IMG/VR virus record: IMGVR_UViG_3300045988_162372
Source: a virus
DNA: 64,000 nt
Reading direction: 5' to 3' (one strand)
Each line of letters starts with the position of its first letter. Position 1 is the stretch's first letter. Shown piece by piece: positions 45,575 to 54,400 of the stretch. Made by a program: the position numbers and the translations under genes. The notes under the pieces are model-generated. The model was given only the letters and a program-made list of their open reading frames with translations. It was not told the DNA's origin and made no database searches.

Positions 45575-46138
45575 CTATTTAACACCAGTACTGCCAAACC
45601 CATCAAGATTACGTGATTCGTTACTTTCAACTTCTTCTACTTGTTGCATATTCACTAATTCTTTACAATAAACAGGCATCAACACAGCTTGTGCAATTCT
45701 ATCCCCTGACGTGATTACAATGTCTTTCTTTGAAAGATTTACAGCAATAATACAAACCTCATTGACATAATTTGAATCTACAGTACCAGGAGTATTGAGT
45801 ACAGACAAACCGTGCTTCAATGCCATTCCGCTCCTTGGTCTTACTTGTATTTCACAATTTTCGGGAATGTTAAAATACAAGCCAGTATGAATAAGTTTTC
45901 TTTCAAGCGATTTTAATGTAATAGTGTATTTTCCTTCTTTTTTATCCAACTTTGCATTTTCGTCGCTTTCAGTAATATAAGCCCGTAAATCAAAACCACT
46001 ATCACCGCTATGTGCGTATTCTGGATTAGGATTATCAGACTTATTGACAAATTGCAAAATTTGAACGTCTGGCATATAGTTGTCAGGTTTATCATATATG
46101 CCACCTCTCATAAACATAGGTATCTTTCCAAATGTCAT
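45575..46138 (-). CDS. dut: dUTP diphosphatase (trimeric dUTPase)
   Basis: Canonical motifs are present: GDSGFDLRA, RPRSGMALKHG, GTVDSNYVNEV, GDRIAQAVL, and C-terminal RNLDGFGSTG. Confidence 0.9.
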   Translation of the reverse strand: MTFGKIPMFMRGGIYDKPDNYMPDVQILQFVNKSDNPNPEYAHSGDSGFDLRAYITESDENAKLDKKEGKYTITLKSLERKLIHTGLYFNIPENCEIQVRPRSGMALKHGLSVLNTPGTVDSNYVNEVCIIAVNLSKKDIVITSGDRIAQAVLMPVYCKELVNMQQVEEVESNESRNLDGFGSTGVK

Positions 46139-46180
46139 ATTAAATTATATATATTATTGATAATTAATTATTCATCATTG

Positions 46181-46211
46181 CAAAGATACAATTTTTTTAT
46201 TAAAAAACAAA
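46181..46211 (-). promoter_or_regulatory. Bacteroidota sigmaA-type promoter for the dut / GMP-reductase-like operon
   Basis: Minus-strand TATCTTTG is at 46188..46181 and TTTG at 46211..46208, 19 nt apart. The -33 element lies within the U-tract of the upstream terminator. Confidence 0.65.
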
Positions 46212-46243
46212 ATAAAATGGGATGTATTCGCTAATACACCCCC
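46202..46243 (-). terminator. rho-independent terminator after 46317..47000
   Basis: GGGATGTATT (46219..46228) pairs with AATACACCCC (46233..46242) at 9 of 10 positions, with a CGCT loop. The minus strand continues TTTTATTTTGTTTTTT. Confidence 0.75.
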
Positions 46244-46316
46244 TAATTAAATTATTGTTTAGCACAATGTACTTGACCAACAACGTGAAATAGCAATTTC
46301 ATTTGTTAATTATAAA

Positions 46317-47000
46317 TTATGATTTTCTTTTTTTATTTTTTCCAATATATTTCATCTGGCACTCAAATATGTTATTATCGCTATCAAGAAATAAGAATTT
46401 TTCTCCTAATTTCATTGCTTTTAACGAACTATTACTTCCATAACTTAAATTTTCATTAACCATCCCCTTTTTCAATTCATTTATCTTCTTATCAACAACA
46501 CTTTCAACAATGGTTTTTATTAACTCATAATCAACATTTACAGACAATGGAGTAGCATTATTATTTCCTTGTACTTCATTCAACTCTTGTCTATCTTGTT
46601 TTTCGAGCTTTTCTTGGATTTCATAAGAACGATTAAAACTATTAGGTAATGTTTGTTTTAATTTTTCTGTAAAAGCATCCATTTTAGGGTCAACGACAGT
46701 CATATCCAACGGGTTTGCTGCAATAGATTCGATAATTTGTCTTGGCAATTTGGAATGACTATAATCAATAGAGCCTCCATGTTCTCTTCTCTCTTTAATT
46801 CGTTTCATTTCCTCGTGAGGGTCATATCCGCTGGTTTTTTCAACCTCTCCATATACAGCCTTGTCTATATCATCCAAATTTCCGACAATAGGAGAATTGG
46901 ATGAAACAGTTCTTGCTTGTTTATGCTGAACGGCTTTTATACCGTTTTCCATTATCTGTTTCTGTTCTTTTGACAGAGCTAACTTTTCTTCAAGTGTCAT
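46317..47000 (-). CDS. hypothetical protein
   Basis: 227-aa ORF. Confidence 0.5.
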   Translation of the reverse strand: MTLEEKLALSKEQKQIMENGIKAVQHKQARTVSSNSPIVGNLDDIDKAVYGEVEKTSGYDPHEEMKRIKERREHGGSIDYSHSKLPRQIIESIAANPLDMTVVDPKMDAFTEKLKQTLPNSFNRSYEIQEKLEKQDRQELNEVQGNNNATPLSVNVDYELIKTIVESVVDKKINELKKGMVNENLSYGSNSSLKAMKLGEKFLFLDSDNNIFECQMKYIGKNKKRKS

Positions 47001-47059
47001 ACTGTTTATATTAATTTATATGAGTTAATATATATTTAATATTCGGTAAAATCAATAAA

Positions 47060-47947
47060 TTATCTTCTCGGTATTTTACTTAAATCAATTTTCAAAGGAT
47101 TATCCAATTGTTGTCTTAATCTATCCATTCTTCTTTCCGTATCAGTTTTGTACAAATCATTATTACTATTCGTTTGATTATTTAAATTCTGATTACGCTT
47201 GGCCAACATATTTTGTAAATCCCTTATACTGATAGGTTCAGGCTGTTGATTGCTTTTGGCATTATTAGTTTTGTCAGAAGAAGTTGGTTCCGATTTTTGT
47301 CTAGGCCCAGATTGAGTTTGAACACTATTATTGGTATTGTATTGTCTAAAACCTTGTTTGGTTTTTATATCAGACAGTTTAATAGGATTACTCAACTGTT
47401 GTTTCAACCTTTCCATACGTTTCTCAGTATCAGTCTTAAATACATCATTGCTATTATTTCTTGCATTTTGCATTTGCTGATTATTCGTATTGGATTGGCC
47501 CTTCATTCTCGGAGAAGAATGATTAATAGGTTTGGTAATTTCATTGTTATCATTGTCATTACCAAATTTGGCGATTTTATAAACAACACTCATAGTATTG
47601 TCGCCATCAGGATTAAACTCACCCAAACCTTTGTAATAATTGTTTGCAGGTTCAGTAAAGATTTGTTTCGTAGGTTTCCAATAAGATATTCTATCAAGTC
47701 TGAAAAATTTCCAACTTGGAACACGTGAAGTCGTGTCCCCATAAGGTTGAAAAGCACGTATAACAGGATTACCAGCTTTTGTTAAACCATAGGCATACAC
47801 CTCAATTATTCTTGCACCTGTAGCTATATCTTCGCCTTTTGTATGATAGTTTATGATAATACGGGTATGTGTGTCAATTGCATCATTAACTGAATTAATT
47901 GACACAGATTCACTTAATAATATTCTATTTATACCCTCTAACATCAT
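47060..47947 (-). CDS. hypothetical protein with internal duplicated motif, possible WYL-like N-terminal domain
   Basis: The N-terminus IINYHTKGED...RIIEVYAYG...WKFFRLDRISYW resembles the WYL pattern (R.FrldRI). Two copies of (F/Y)KTDTE(K/R)RM(E/D)RL(K/R)QQL(S/D)NP(I/L)K follow. Confidence 0.5.
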   Translation of the reverse strand: MMLEGINRILLSESVSINSVNDAIDTHTRIIINYHTKGEDIATGARIIEVYAYGLTKAGNPVIRAFQPYGDTTSRVPSWKFFRLDRISYWKPTKQIFTEPANNYYKGLGEFNPDGDNTMSVVYKIAKFGNDNDNNEITKPINHSSPRMKGQSNTNNQQMQNARNNSNDVFKTDTEKRMERLKQQLSNPIKLSDIKTKQGFRQYNTNNSVQTQSGPRQKSEPTSSDKTNNAKSNQQPEPISIRDLQNMLAKRNQNLNNQTNSNNDLYKTDTERRMDRLRQQLDNPLKIDLSKIPRR

Positions 47948-47971
47948 AAGACATTTAATTTATTTACACTA

Positions 47972-48337
47972 TTATGGTACTTGGTATTGTCCTTCTAATA
48001 CATTAGCACTGGTATCTACCAATTTAGCAGAATATTGATATGTAGGATTATACAAACTACGACCCATAGCAGTACTTCTTGCTTCATTATCAGCATCATT
48101 ACCTGCGCCACTATCAGGATCAGTATCAAAATTACTATAATTGAATACACCTAATGTGCCATTACAGTTAGGAAGCCAAAATGAATGCCCTCCATGTCCA
48201 GTACCCTTACCTTGCGCATCACCCGTTGCCAAAGCGTCAGGATGTTTACCAGAATATTGATTATATTGATTATAATCGCTTCTTACAATTTCCTCATGAC
48301 GTTCATCCATTGAACGTATTTCCAAACAACTTTGCAT
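47972..48337 (-). CDS. hypothetical protein
   Basis: 121-aa ORF preceded by the TGATATTTAT box 43 nt upstream. Gly/His-rich middle (GKGTGHGGHSFW). Confidence 0.5.
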   Translation of the reverse strand: MQSCLEIRSMDERHEEIVRSDYNQYNQYSGKHPDALATGDAQGKGTGHGGHSFWLPNCNGTLGVFNYSNFDTDPDSGAGNDADNEARSTAMGRSLYNPTYQYSAKLVDTSANVLEGQYQVP

Positions 48338-48359
48338 TATATAGTCTTGTTATAAGTCT

Positions 48360-48380
48360 TTTATTTTATAATAAATATCA
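48360..48380 (-). promoter_or_regulatory. TGATATTTAT box (candidate late promoter) upstream of 47972..48337
   Basis: The minus strand reads TGATATTTATTATAAAATAAA, starting 43 nt before the ATG. Confidence 0.4.
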
Positions 48381-48429
48381 TTGAATTAGAAATATATTTC
48401 TTAAAAACAGCATAAGTCTTTATTAAATA

Positions 48430-48479
48430 AAAGATAACAGAAAGTTATATCCGAAGATATAGATAAATTCGGATATAAC
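48430..48479 (-). terminator. rho-independent terminator after the tail tube gene
   Basis: Perfect 12-bp arms GTTATATCCGAA (48444..48455) / TTCGGATATAAC (48468..48479) with a 12-nt loop. The minus strand continues TTTCTGTTATCTTTTATTT. Confidence 0.7.
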
Positions 48480-48506
48480 ATAACCTCAATTATTTGACAA
48501 ATGTTA

Positions 48507-48995
48507 TTAGTAAGCTAAAATACAATATTGAGGACGCAAAGTTAATTCGATTGTTGCCAAACCGTCATCCTCATAAGAAAGATCTCCAAAGTTGGAGCTT
48601 ACAATTTGACAATTTTTGCATATCCACAAACTTACAGTAGTACCAGTTGGATCAAGCATTTGAAGTTGAACATCACGTTTATATGCAACAGCATAACCCA
48701 TACGACCTGTTACAGATTCGGCATGTAAACGTACCCATTCCATTACAGCTTGCGAGGCAGAAGGGCCAATCGGGTCTCTTAATGTAACATTTATTTGTTC
48801 CCAATTATATCTACCTGCTACCCAGTTTGATGTATTTAAGAAAGGAATTTCGGTTTCTCCAATTGATATATTAGGACGGACAGTATTGCTAACCCACCAT
48901 TCTTGTATACCTAAATCTGATGGAAAACGCATCAAAAATCTATTTTTTCTTAACGGTTCGTATTCAATAGGCGATTTTATCAATAAATCTTCCAT
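48507..48995 (-). CDS. tail tube protein (T4 gp19-like)
   Basis: 162 aa. PLRKNRFLMRFPSDLGIQEWWV and the overall size fit gp19-family tube proteins. It lies in the sheath-tube neighbourhood. Confidence 0.65.
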   Translation of the reverse strand: MEDLLIKSPIEYEPLRKNRFLMRFPSDLGIQEWWVSNTVRPNISIGETEIPFLNTSNWVAGRYNWEQINVTLRDPIGPSASQAVMEWVRLHAESVTGRMGYAVAYKRDVQLQMLDPTGTTVSLWICKNCQIVSSNFGDLSYEDDGLATIELTLRPQYCILAY

Positions 48996-49013
48996 TTTAA
49001 GTTTAATTAGCTA

Positions 49014-49036
49014 TTTATTTTTATAAATAAATATCA
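49014..49036 (-). promoter_or_regulatory. TGATATTTAT box (candidate late promoter) upstream of the tail tube gene
   Basis: The minus strand reads TGATATTTATTTATAAAAATAAA, starting 41 nt before the ATG. Confidence 0.4.
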
Positions 49037-49115
49037 GAATTATTACTTTTGCAGCGGAATTACAATATTAAATATATAAATAAATGGATAGAAAAGAAAA
49101 TTGTCATTAAATTAA

Positions 49116-49523
49116 AAAGTATATGGTGACAATATTGATACATCAATAGAGAATTTTAGTAAGTTCCTGCCGATACCACAAGAGGCTGTAGTTATCTTAA
49201 ATGTGGGCATAACTTATCAAAAAAAAAAAACAGAAGACGATATTATTTCTTTTAACGAAGATAAACTACATATTAATAATATTATTCAACATACTAAAGA
49301 CATAATTCCTCCTTTTAAAATTGATATATGCCTTCCAGATTATAGTACAGCGATTGAATATAATGGATTAATATGGCATTCTGAAAATTTAGAAAAGAAA
49401 TACTATCATCTAAAGAAAAATCGAAGAATACCAAAAGTAATGGAGATTAAATGTCTCCATTACTTGTTTGTTTATTATCTTTACTTTCAAATGCCTTATC
49501 TACTATATTCCATACCTTTTTAA
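49116..49523 (+). pseudogene. decayed copy of the homing-endonuclease-like gene (nuclease core only)
   Basis: The frame is open from 49116 with no ATG (the track starts at GTG 49203). FKIDICLPDYSTAIEYNGLIWHSE...YYHLKKN...IKCLHY aligns with EIDILIPEKNIGIEYDGLIWHSE...NYHIGKT...IQLIHI of 49963..51417. DNA identity across the IEY(D/N)GLIWHSE core is about 90% by eye. The zinc-ribbon repeats and C-terminal domain are missing. The 3' end overlaps the minus-strand ORF 49447..49821. Confidence 0.55.
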
Positions 49524-49821
49524 GTAGCTGATACTGTTCTGATGTAGGATTATCAGCAAGTTTTGCAATAGCTTGTAAAGCTAACTGACGTATTTTATTT
49601 ATAGTATCAGTTACATCAACTTCGCTTCCACTCTCTTCTGGGGCGGTTTCAACTTCTTCCTCTTCTTCATAACCATCATTAAATTCATCAGGTTTTTCAA
49701 AGTCCTCTTCATTAACATCAGAAAAAATCATATTCTCAACAGTTAATTTAGGTTTACTAAGCAATTGTTTCATTTCGCTGATAAGTTGCTTACTATCTAT
49801 ATTTTGTTTCTTCTTTTCCAT
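49447..49821 (-). CDS. hypothetical acidic protein
   Basis: 124-aa ORF with an acidic tract (EEEEEVETAPEESGSEVD). ATATTTATAATATATAAA lies 26-43 nt upstream. Confidence 0.45.
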   Translation of the reverse strand: MEKKKQNIDSKQLISEMKQLLSKPKLTVENMIFSDVNEEDFEKPDEFNDGYEEEEEVETAPEESGSEVDVTDTINKIRQLALQAIAKLADNPTSEQYQLLKKVWNIVDKAFESKDNKQTSNGDI

Positions 49822-49896
49822 ATTTGATAAAGTAGATTTATATATTATAAATATATACTAACATAATTAAATATAGTAACATTTAACATTTAAAAC

Positions 49897-49927
49897 TTTG
49901 TTATTTATATATAATAATGTATATTTG
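49897..49927 (+). promoter_or_regulatory. Bacteroidota sigmaA-type promoter for the endonuclease-like gene 49963..51417
   Basis: TTTG is at 49897..49900 and TATATTTG at 49920..49927, 19 nt apart, 35 nt before the ATG. Confidence 0.65.
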
Positions 49928-49962
49928 CACAGCAAAACTTAGCAATACAACGAAGTTATAAA

Positions 49963-51417
49963 ATGAACGGTAAAAACCAATTTCCAAAAGTAACTACTGA
50001 AAGTATTATACAAAGATTTATAAATAAACGTGGAGATGAATATGATTATTCTCACGTAATATATAAAAATATGCATACAAAGGTTGCTATTGGTTGTAAA
50101 ATACATGGTATATTCTATCAAACCCCTCATAATCACTTAAAAGGACAAGGATGCCCAGAATGTAGTAAAAAGAAAGTTGCAGATGGACGTAGAATGTCAA
50201 AAGAAGAATTTATCAGAAGAGCAAAAGAGAAACATGGTAACAAATATGATTATTCAAAGGTTGAATATATAAACAATAGAACAAAGGTGTGTATTATTTG
50301 TCCTATTCATGGTGAATTTTGGCAGACACCTGATGAGCATTTAAGATATGGTTGTAAAAAATGTTCTGTAGAATATATTGCTCGAAAAAGAATAGAAAAT
50401 TCTGCTAAAACATTTGAACAAAGAGCAGGTGAAATACATAATTTCAAATATATTTATGAAAAAGATACTTATAAAGGAAATGATAATTTAATAACTGCAT
50501 ATTGTCCTATTCATGGTAAATTTACACAAATTGCGCATTATCATTTACAAGGTTATGGTTGCCCTAAGTGTGGAATAAGAAAATCTGAAAATGAGGATAA
50601 AATATGTGATTTTATTACTTCTTTTGGAATTAAGGCTGAAAAACACAATAGAACAATAATCAAACCTAATGAAATTGATATTCTTATACCAGAAAAGAAT
50701 ATAGGGATTGAATATGATGGCTTAATATGGCATTCTGAGAAATATAAAGTAGATTCTAATTATCATATTGGCAAAACTAATAAATGTAAAGAAAATAATA
50801 TACAATTAATTCATATATTTGAAGATGAATGGTTAGAAAAGGAAAATATAGTTAAATCAAATATATTAAATATATTAGAAGTATATGAAAATAAAATATT
50901 ATCCGATAATTGTGTAGTTAAAAACGTTTCACCTCAACAAGCTAAATATTTTCTAAATAACAACTATATTAAGGGAGAATGTCGAGCTAAAATACATTTA
51001 GGTTTGTATTATAATAATGAATTAATTTCTTTAATGTCATTTTCTAAATTAAAAATATTAAAAGGTGATGTATGGAAATTAGTTTGTTATTGTAATAAAA
51101 TTAATACAAGTATTTTAAATGGGGCAAATAAATTACTTCAATATTTTATAAAAAAAGAATTGCCATCTAAAATTATTACTTATGTTGATAAACGATGGAG
51201 TAATGGAAAAGAATACGTCGAAATGGGATTTACTTATACAAATGACACTAAGCCTGATTATTTCTATGTTATAAATCAACATAGAATAAGTCGTTTTAAA
51301 TATAAAAAGAATGATTTGACACAAAAAGAAATCTATAGAATATATGATTGTGGTTCAATGTGTTTTGAAATGAATTTAAACAAAAAAAAGAGGACTAAAT
51401 ATATAAGTCCTCTTTAA
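49963..51417 (+). CDS. free-standing homing-endonuclease-like protein: three zinc-ribbon repeats, a Vsr/DUF559-type nuclease core and a C-terminal domain
   Basis: Three ~65-aa repeats of (G)xKYDYSKVxYxNxxTKVCIICPIHGEFWQTPxxHLxGxGCPKC are followed by IDILIPEKNIGIEYDGLIWHSEKY and ...IHIFEDEW. It is encoded on the opposite strand between the sheath and tube genes. Confidence 0.65.
   Translation: MNGKNQFPKVTTESIIQRFINKRGDEYDYSHVIYKNMHTKVAIGCKIHGIFYQTPHNHLKGQGCPECSKKKVADGRRMSKEEFIRRAKEKHGNKYDYSKVEYINNRTKVCIICPIHGEFWQTPDEHLRYGCKKCSVEYIARKRIENSAKTFEQRAGEIHNFKYIYEKDTYKGNDNLITAYCPIHGKFTQIAHYHLQGYGCPKCGIRKSENEDKICDFITSFGIKAEKHNRTIIKPNEIDILIPEKNIGIEYDGLIWHSEKYKVDSNYHIGKTNKCKENNIQLIHIFEDEWLEKENIVKSNILNILEVYENKILSDNCVVKNVSPQQAKYFLNNNYIKGECRAKIHLGLYYNNELISLMSFSKLKILKGDVWKLVCYCNKINTSILNGANKLLQYFIKKELPSKIITYVDKRWSNGKEYVEMGFTYTNDTKPDYFYVINQHRISRFKYKKNDLTQKEIYRIYDCGSMCFEMNLNKKKRTKYISPL
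51382..51415. terminator. bidirectional hairpin terminator shared by the endonuclease-like gene and the sheath gene
   Basis: Perfect 10-bp arms AAAGAGGACT (51387..51396) / AGTCCTCTTT (51406..51415). The plus strand continues AATTTTTATT. On the minus strand the hairpin lies 20 nt after the sheath stop and is followed by a U-run. The hairpin lies inside the last codons (KRTKYISPL) of the plus-strand gene. Confidence 0.65.
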
Positions 51418-51435
51418 TTTTTATTGAATATATTA

Positions 51436-54400
51436 TTAAGCATCTTCCCAAACTGTACCTTGTGGGGTAATAACAAATTCCAATTCAATGTATTCCAATG
51501 TAGGTGTAGGCTTGATATAAATCTTAGCAGGAAGTCTTAGTTGCTCTCTTGCTTCAACACTATCATCAATTTCCAAACGCCAGTCTGTAATACCCCTATT
51601 ACTCATTATATTATCCAAGATAGGAGTGATTGCACTTTCAAATGATTGCTTAGTAGTATTATCATTCGGATCGAAAATCAAACCAATACAAGCAATAGAA
51701 CAAAGTTTTCTAATTCTTAACAGTAATCTACGTTTAGATATTCTATTCATCTGACTTTCTCTTACTTGTAAGTTCTTGTCTCCCCAAATTCTCATACCGT
51801 CTTGTGCAAATGTATTTACGAAGTTAATACGCCCATTATAAAGGGTATCTTGGTCATCTAACTTCAACATTTTCTTTGGTTTAACTCCATCTATCGACCC
51901 CCTGTTCCAACCTGAAGCAGCATACCAAGGGAATGCGATATTATCAGTATAAGCGAAGTTTCTTACCACATCTTTTGTTGGTGGCAGGAACACATATACG
52001 TTGTTATCACTATCAAAATATTTTACATTAGGATAGTATGTACAAGTATAATTACTATCAATATCAGCATCTTCCAAGTTGTAAACTGCGTCATCAGGAG
52101 TATACATTTCGCTTTCAGTATCACCTGCGCCGAAAGGTTTATCAGGTGTAGTTACCACATATACAGAATCTGCACGTTCATTTTCAACCATGTCAATCAC
52201 TTCACCAACAAGCGTAGGGTTATTTACATAGTCAATACCAGGAGTAGCTAATACATTGATGTCTATTTCTTTTGGATTGGAGAACAATCTTGCACCATAT
52301 AAATAAGCATAGTAGTCAGAATTCAAACACTTGTCAGCGACATCAAAGTTGTATTTCTCAGGCTCTTTCAAAACAGAGAAATAAGTACCTTCACCACTTA
52401 TAGTGTTTAAGTTACCACGATATTTCTGGTATCTGAAATCATCCCCAATACTTTTTGAAGTACGGTAATAATCCCATCCATCCCATCCACCATAAAATGC
52501 TACAGTGAATTTTCTATATCTTTTATCTTCGTAAATGGTATTAACCATTGTATCTTCGTCACCAATTCTAGGTTCAATACCCATAGATGTGGTAACATTC
52601 TTATTAACTGTAACCCAAGTATAACCAGAAATAGTATCTACTGTAACGGTTTGAGTATTTCCTTGTTCATCTGTTATTACACCAGCCTCATTAGGCACAC
52701 CATTTAATATACGTGCATCCAAGTGAAAACAAGGGCTTAACCCTTCAGGCTCTCCATTGTAAGCTTCAACACCTTTATATTTCAATATATCCTCATCAAT
52801 ACCAGTAATATCAGAGATACCAAAATATTGTCTATTAATTCTTATATCATCATCGACAGTGGTATTATATTGGAAATAAGGTTGTACGGGGTCTTCTGTG
52901 CAGTGGACAGTCGAAGCGTAGAATTGGCTATTAGAATCAAGAGCAGCAATTCTGCTTATACCTTTATAGTTTCTGATAGGATATCCTAAGAAACCAGCAG
53001 GTATTGAAACCTTAGTCTTATCAGTTTCATTCACTTCTACTGTAATGTAGTTGGAAACTGCTTCATACTGTTCATCATAAGAACCAATCTTTAATGCAAT
53101 ATAATTGCTACTACCTGGGATTAAATCACATTGTGTATATCTTTCCAACACAGACTGAGAAGCATCAGTATCATAGAAACTTCTAACAATAACGTCAAAA
53201 GTACCATTTTCAGGGTCAATATTCTGTATTGAAACCTTAACTTCAGTATTAGCATTGTCACCGTCAGAAATAGTATGGAATCTGAACAGCTTGGTTAATT
53301 CAACATGTTCAGCAGAACCCTTCATTTCAGATACAATCCACGGAGTAGAAGCACATCTATATTGTTCCTTGTAATTGTTCATATCAAGCGTGATAGGTTC
53401 AATGTCACTATCATCATCCTTCATTACATAATACAAACCATCTTCTAACACTTCAACAGCGTCTTCAAATATCTCATTTTTAATAGTACTCTTACCGCTC
53501 AGATACTCTGTCTGATAATTTCCTGTCGTTTGGTCATCGCCCTCCGCATTTTGGTATTCTCCATAGTAATATTCTCTTGTACCATCGGATGTGGTATAAG
53601 CCACTACGGTGTAAATATGCCCAGGTTTACCATTAGTGGAACTCCAACTTCTACCGTTATTTCTTGAAATGTGTACTGTAAGCGGGGTTGTATTGTCTTT
53701 ATCGTTTACGGATTCTGCCGCTGAATACAAGAAACGCTTTCCTACATCTCTTCTTTGCAACGTTGATTCGTCATCAGTAAGAATTGCATCAACCGAAGCA
53801 TGTTTAGGAATAATTCTTGTAACAGGATAGAATTTCGTGCAATTGTTAATTTCAGTAATCAATCCCCTCTCAATTAATTGTTGTAATGCAACATCATACA
53901 ATTCTTCAACGTAAATTTCGGCATCACCCACTTCAGGATCTCCACCTATTACATTGTAAATATAATTTTTTTCATTCTTGTTTAGTGTTACCGAATATCT
54001 CTTTTCAACACCATCAAATCTCTTAACAACAATTGTAAATGTTCCATAATTCGTAACATTAACATTAAATGAGTTTTCAGAAGGAGTATAACCAGGATTA
54101 CAATCCAAGCCTAAAGTCAATGTTTTACTTGGTTCAAGTTTAACATCTGTTGCATAATATTGGATTTTATCATATTCATACTCATCTTCACAAATACCTA
54201 TCTCAGGTTGTTTGGCACGTAAAAATGCAGCTTTCTTATGTTCACCTCTTGAACGCAATACAGCAACAACCATATTATCATAAGTTTTGTCTTCAGAATC
54301 AGTAGCACCTGCCGTTATAATCCATGCAGGCCCAGCATTTACACCAGATAAACCAAGAACTCTTACTACCTGTAATTGGTCTGACTGTTGCAGATAGGAC

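Noticed and set aside
49219-49230. A12 homopolymer as a possible transcriptional or translational slippage site restoring a longer endonuclease reading frame.
   Set aside because: The upstream sequence in all three frames has stops within about 100 nt and no zinc-ribbon repeats, so slippage could not regenerate a full-length gene. The run is more likely part of the decay of this copy.
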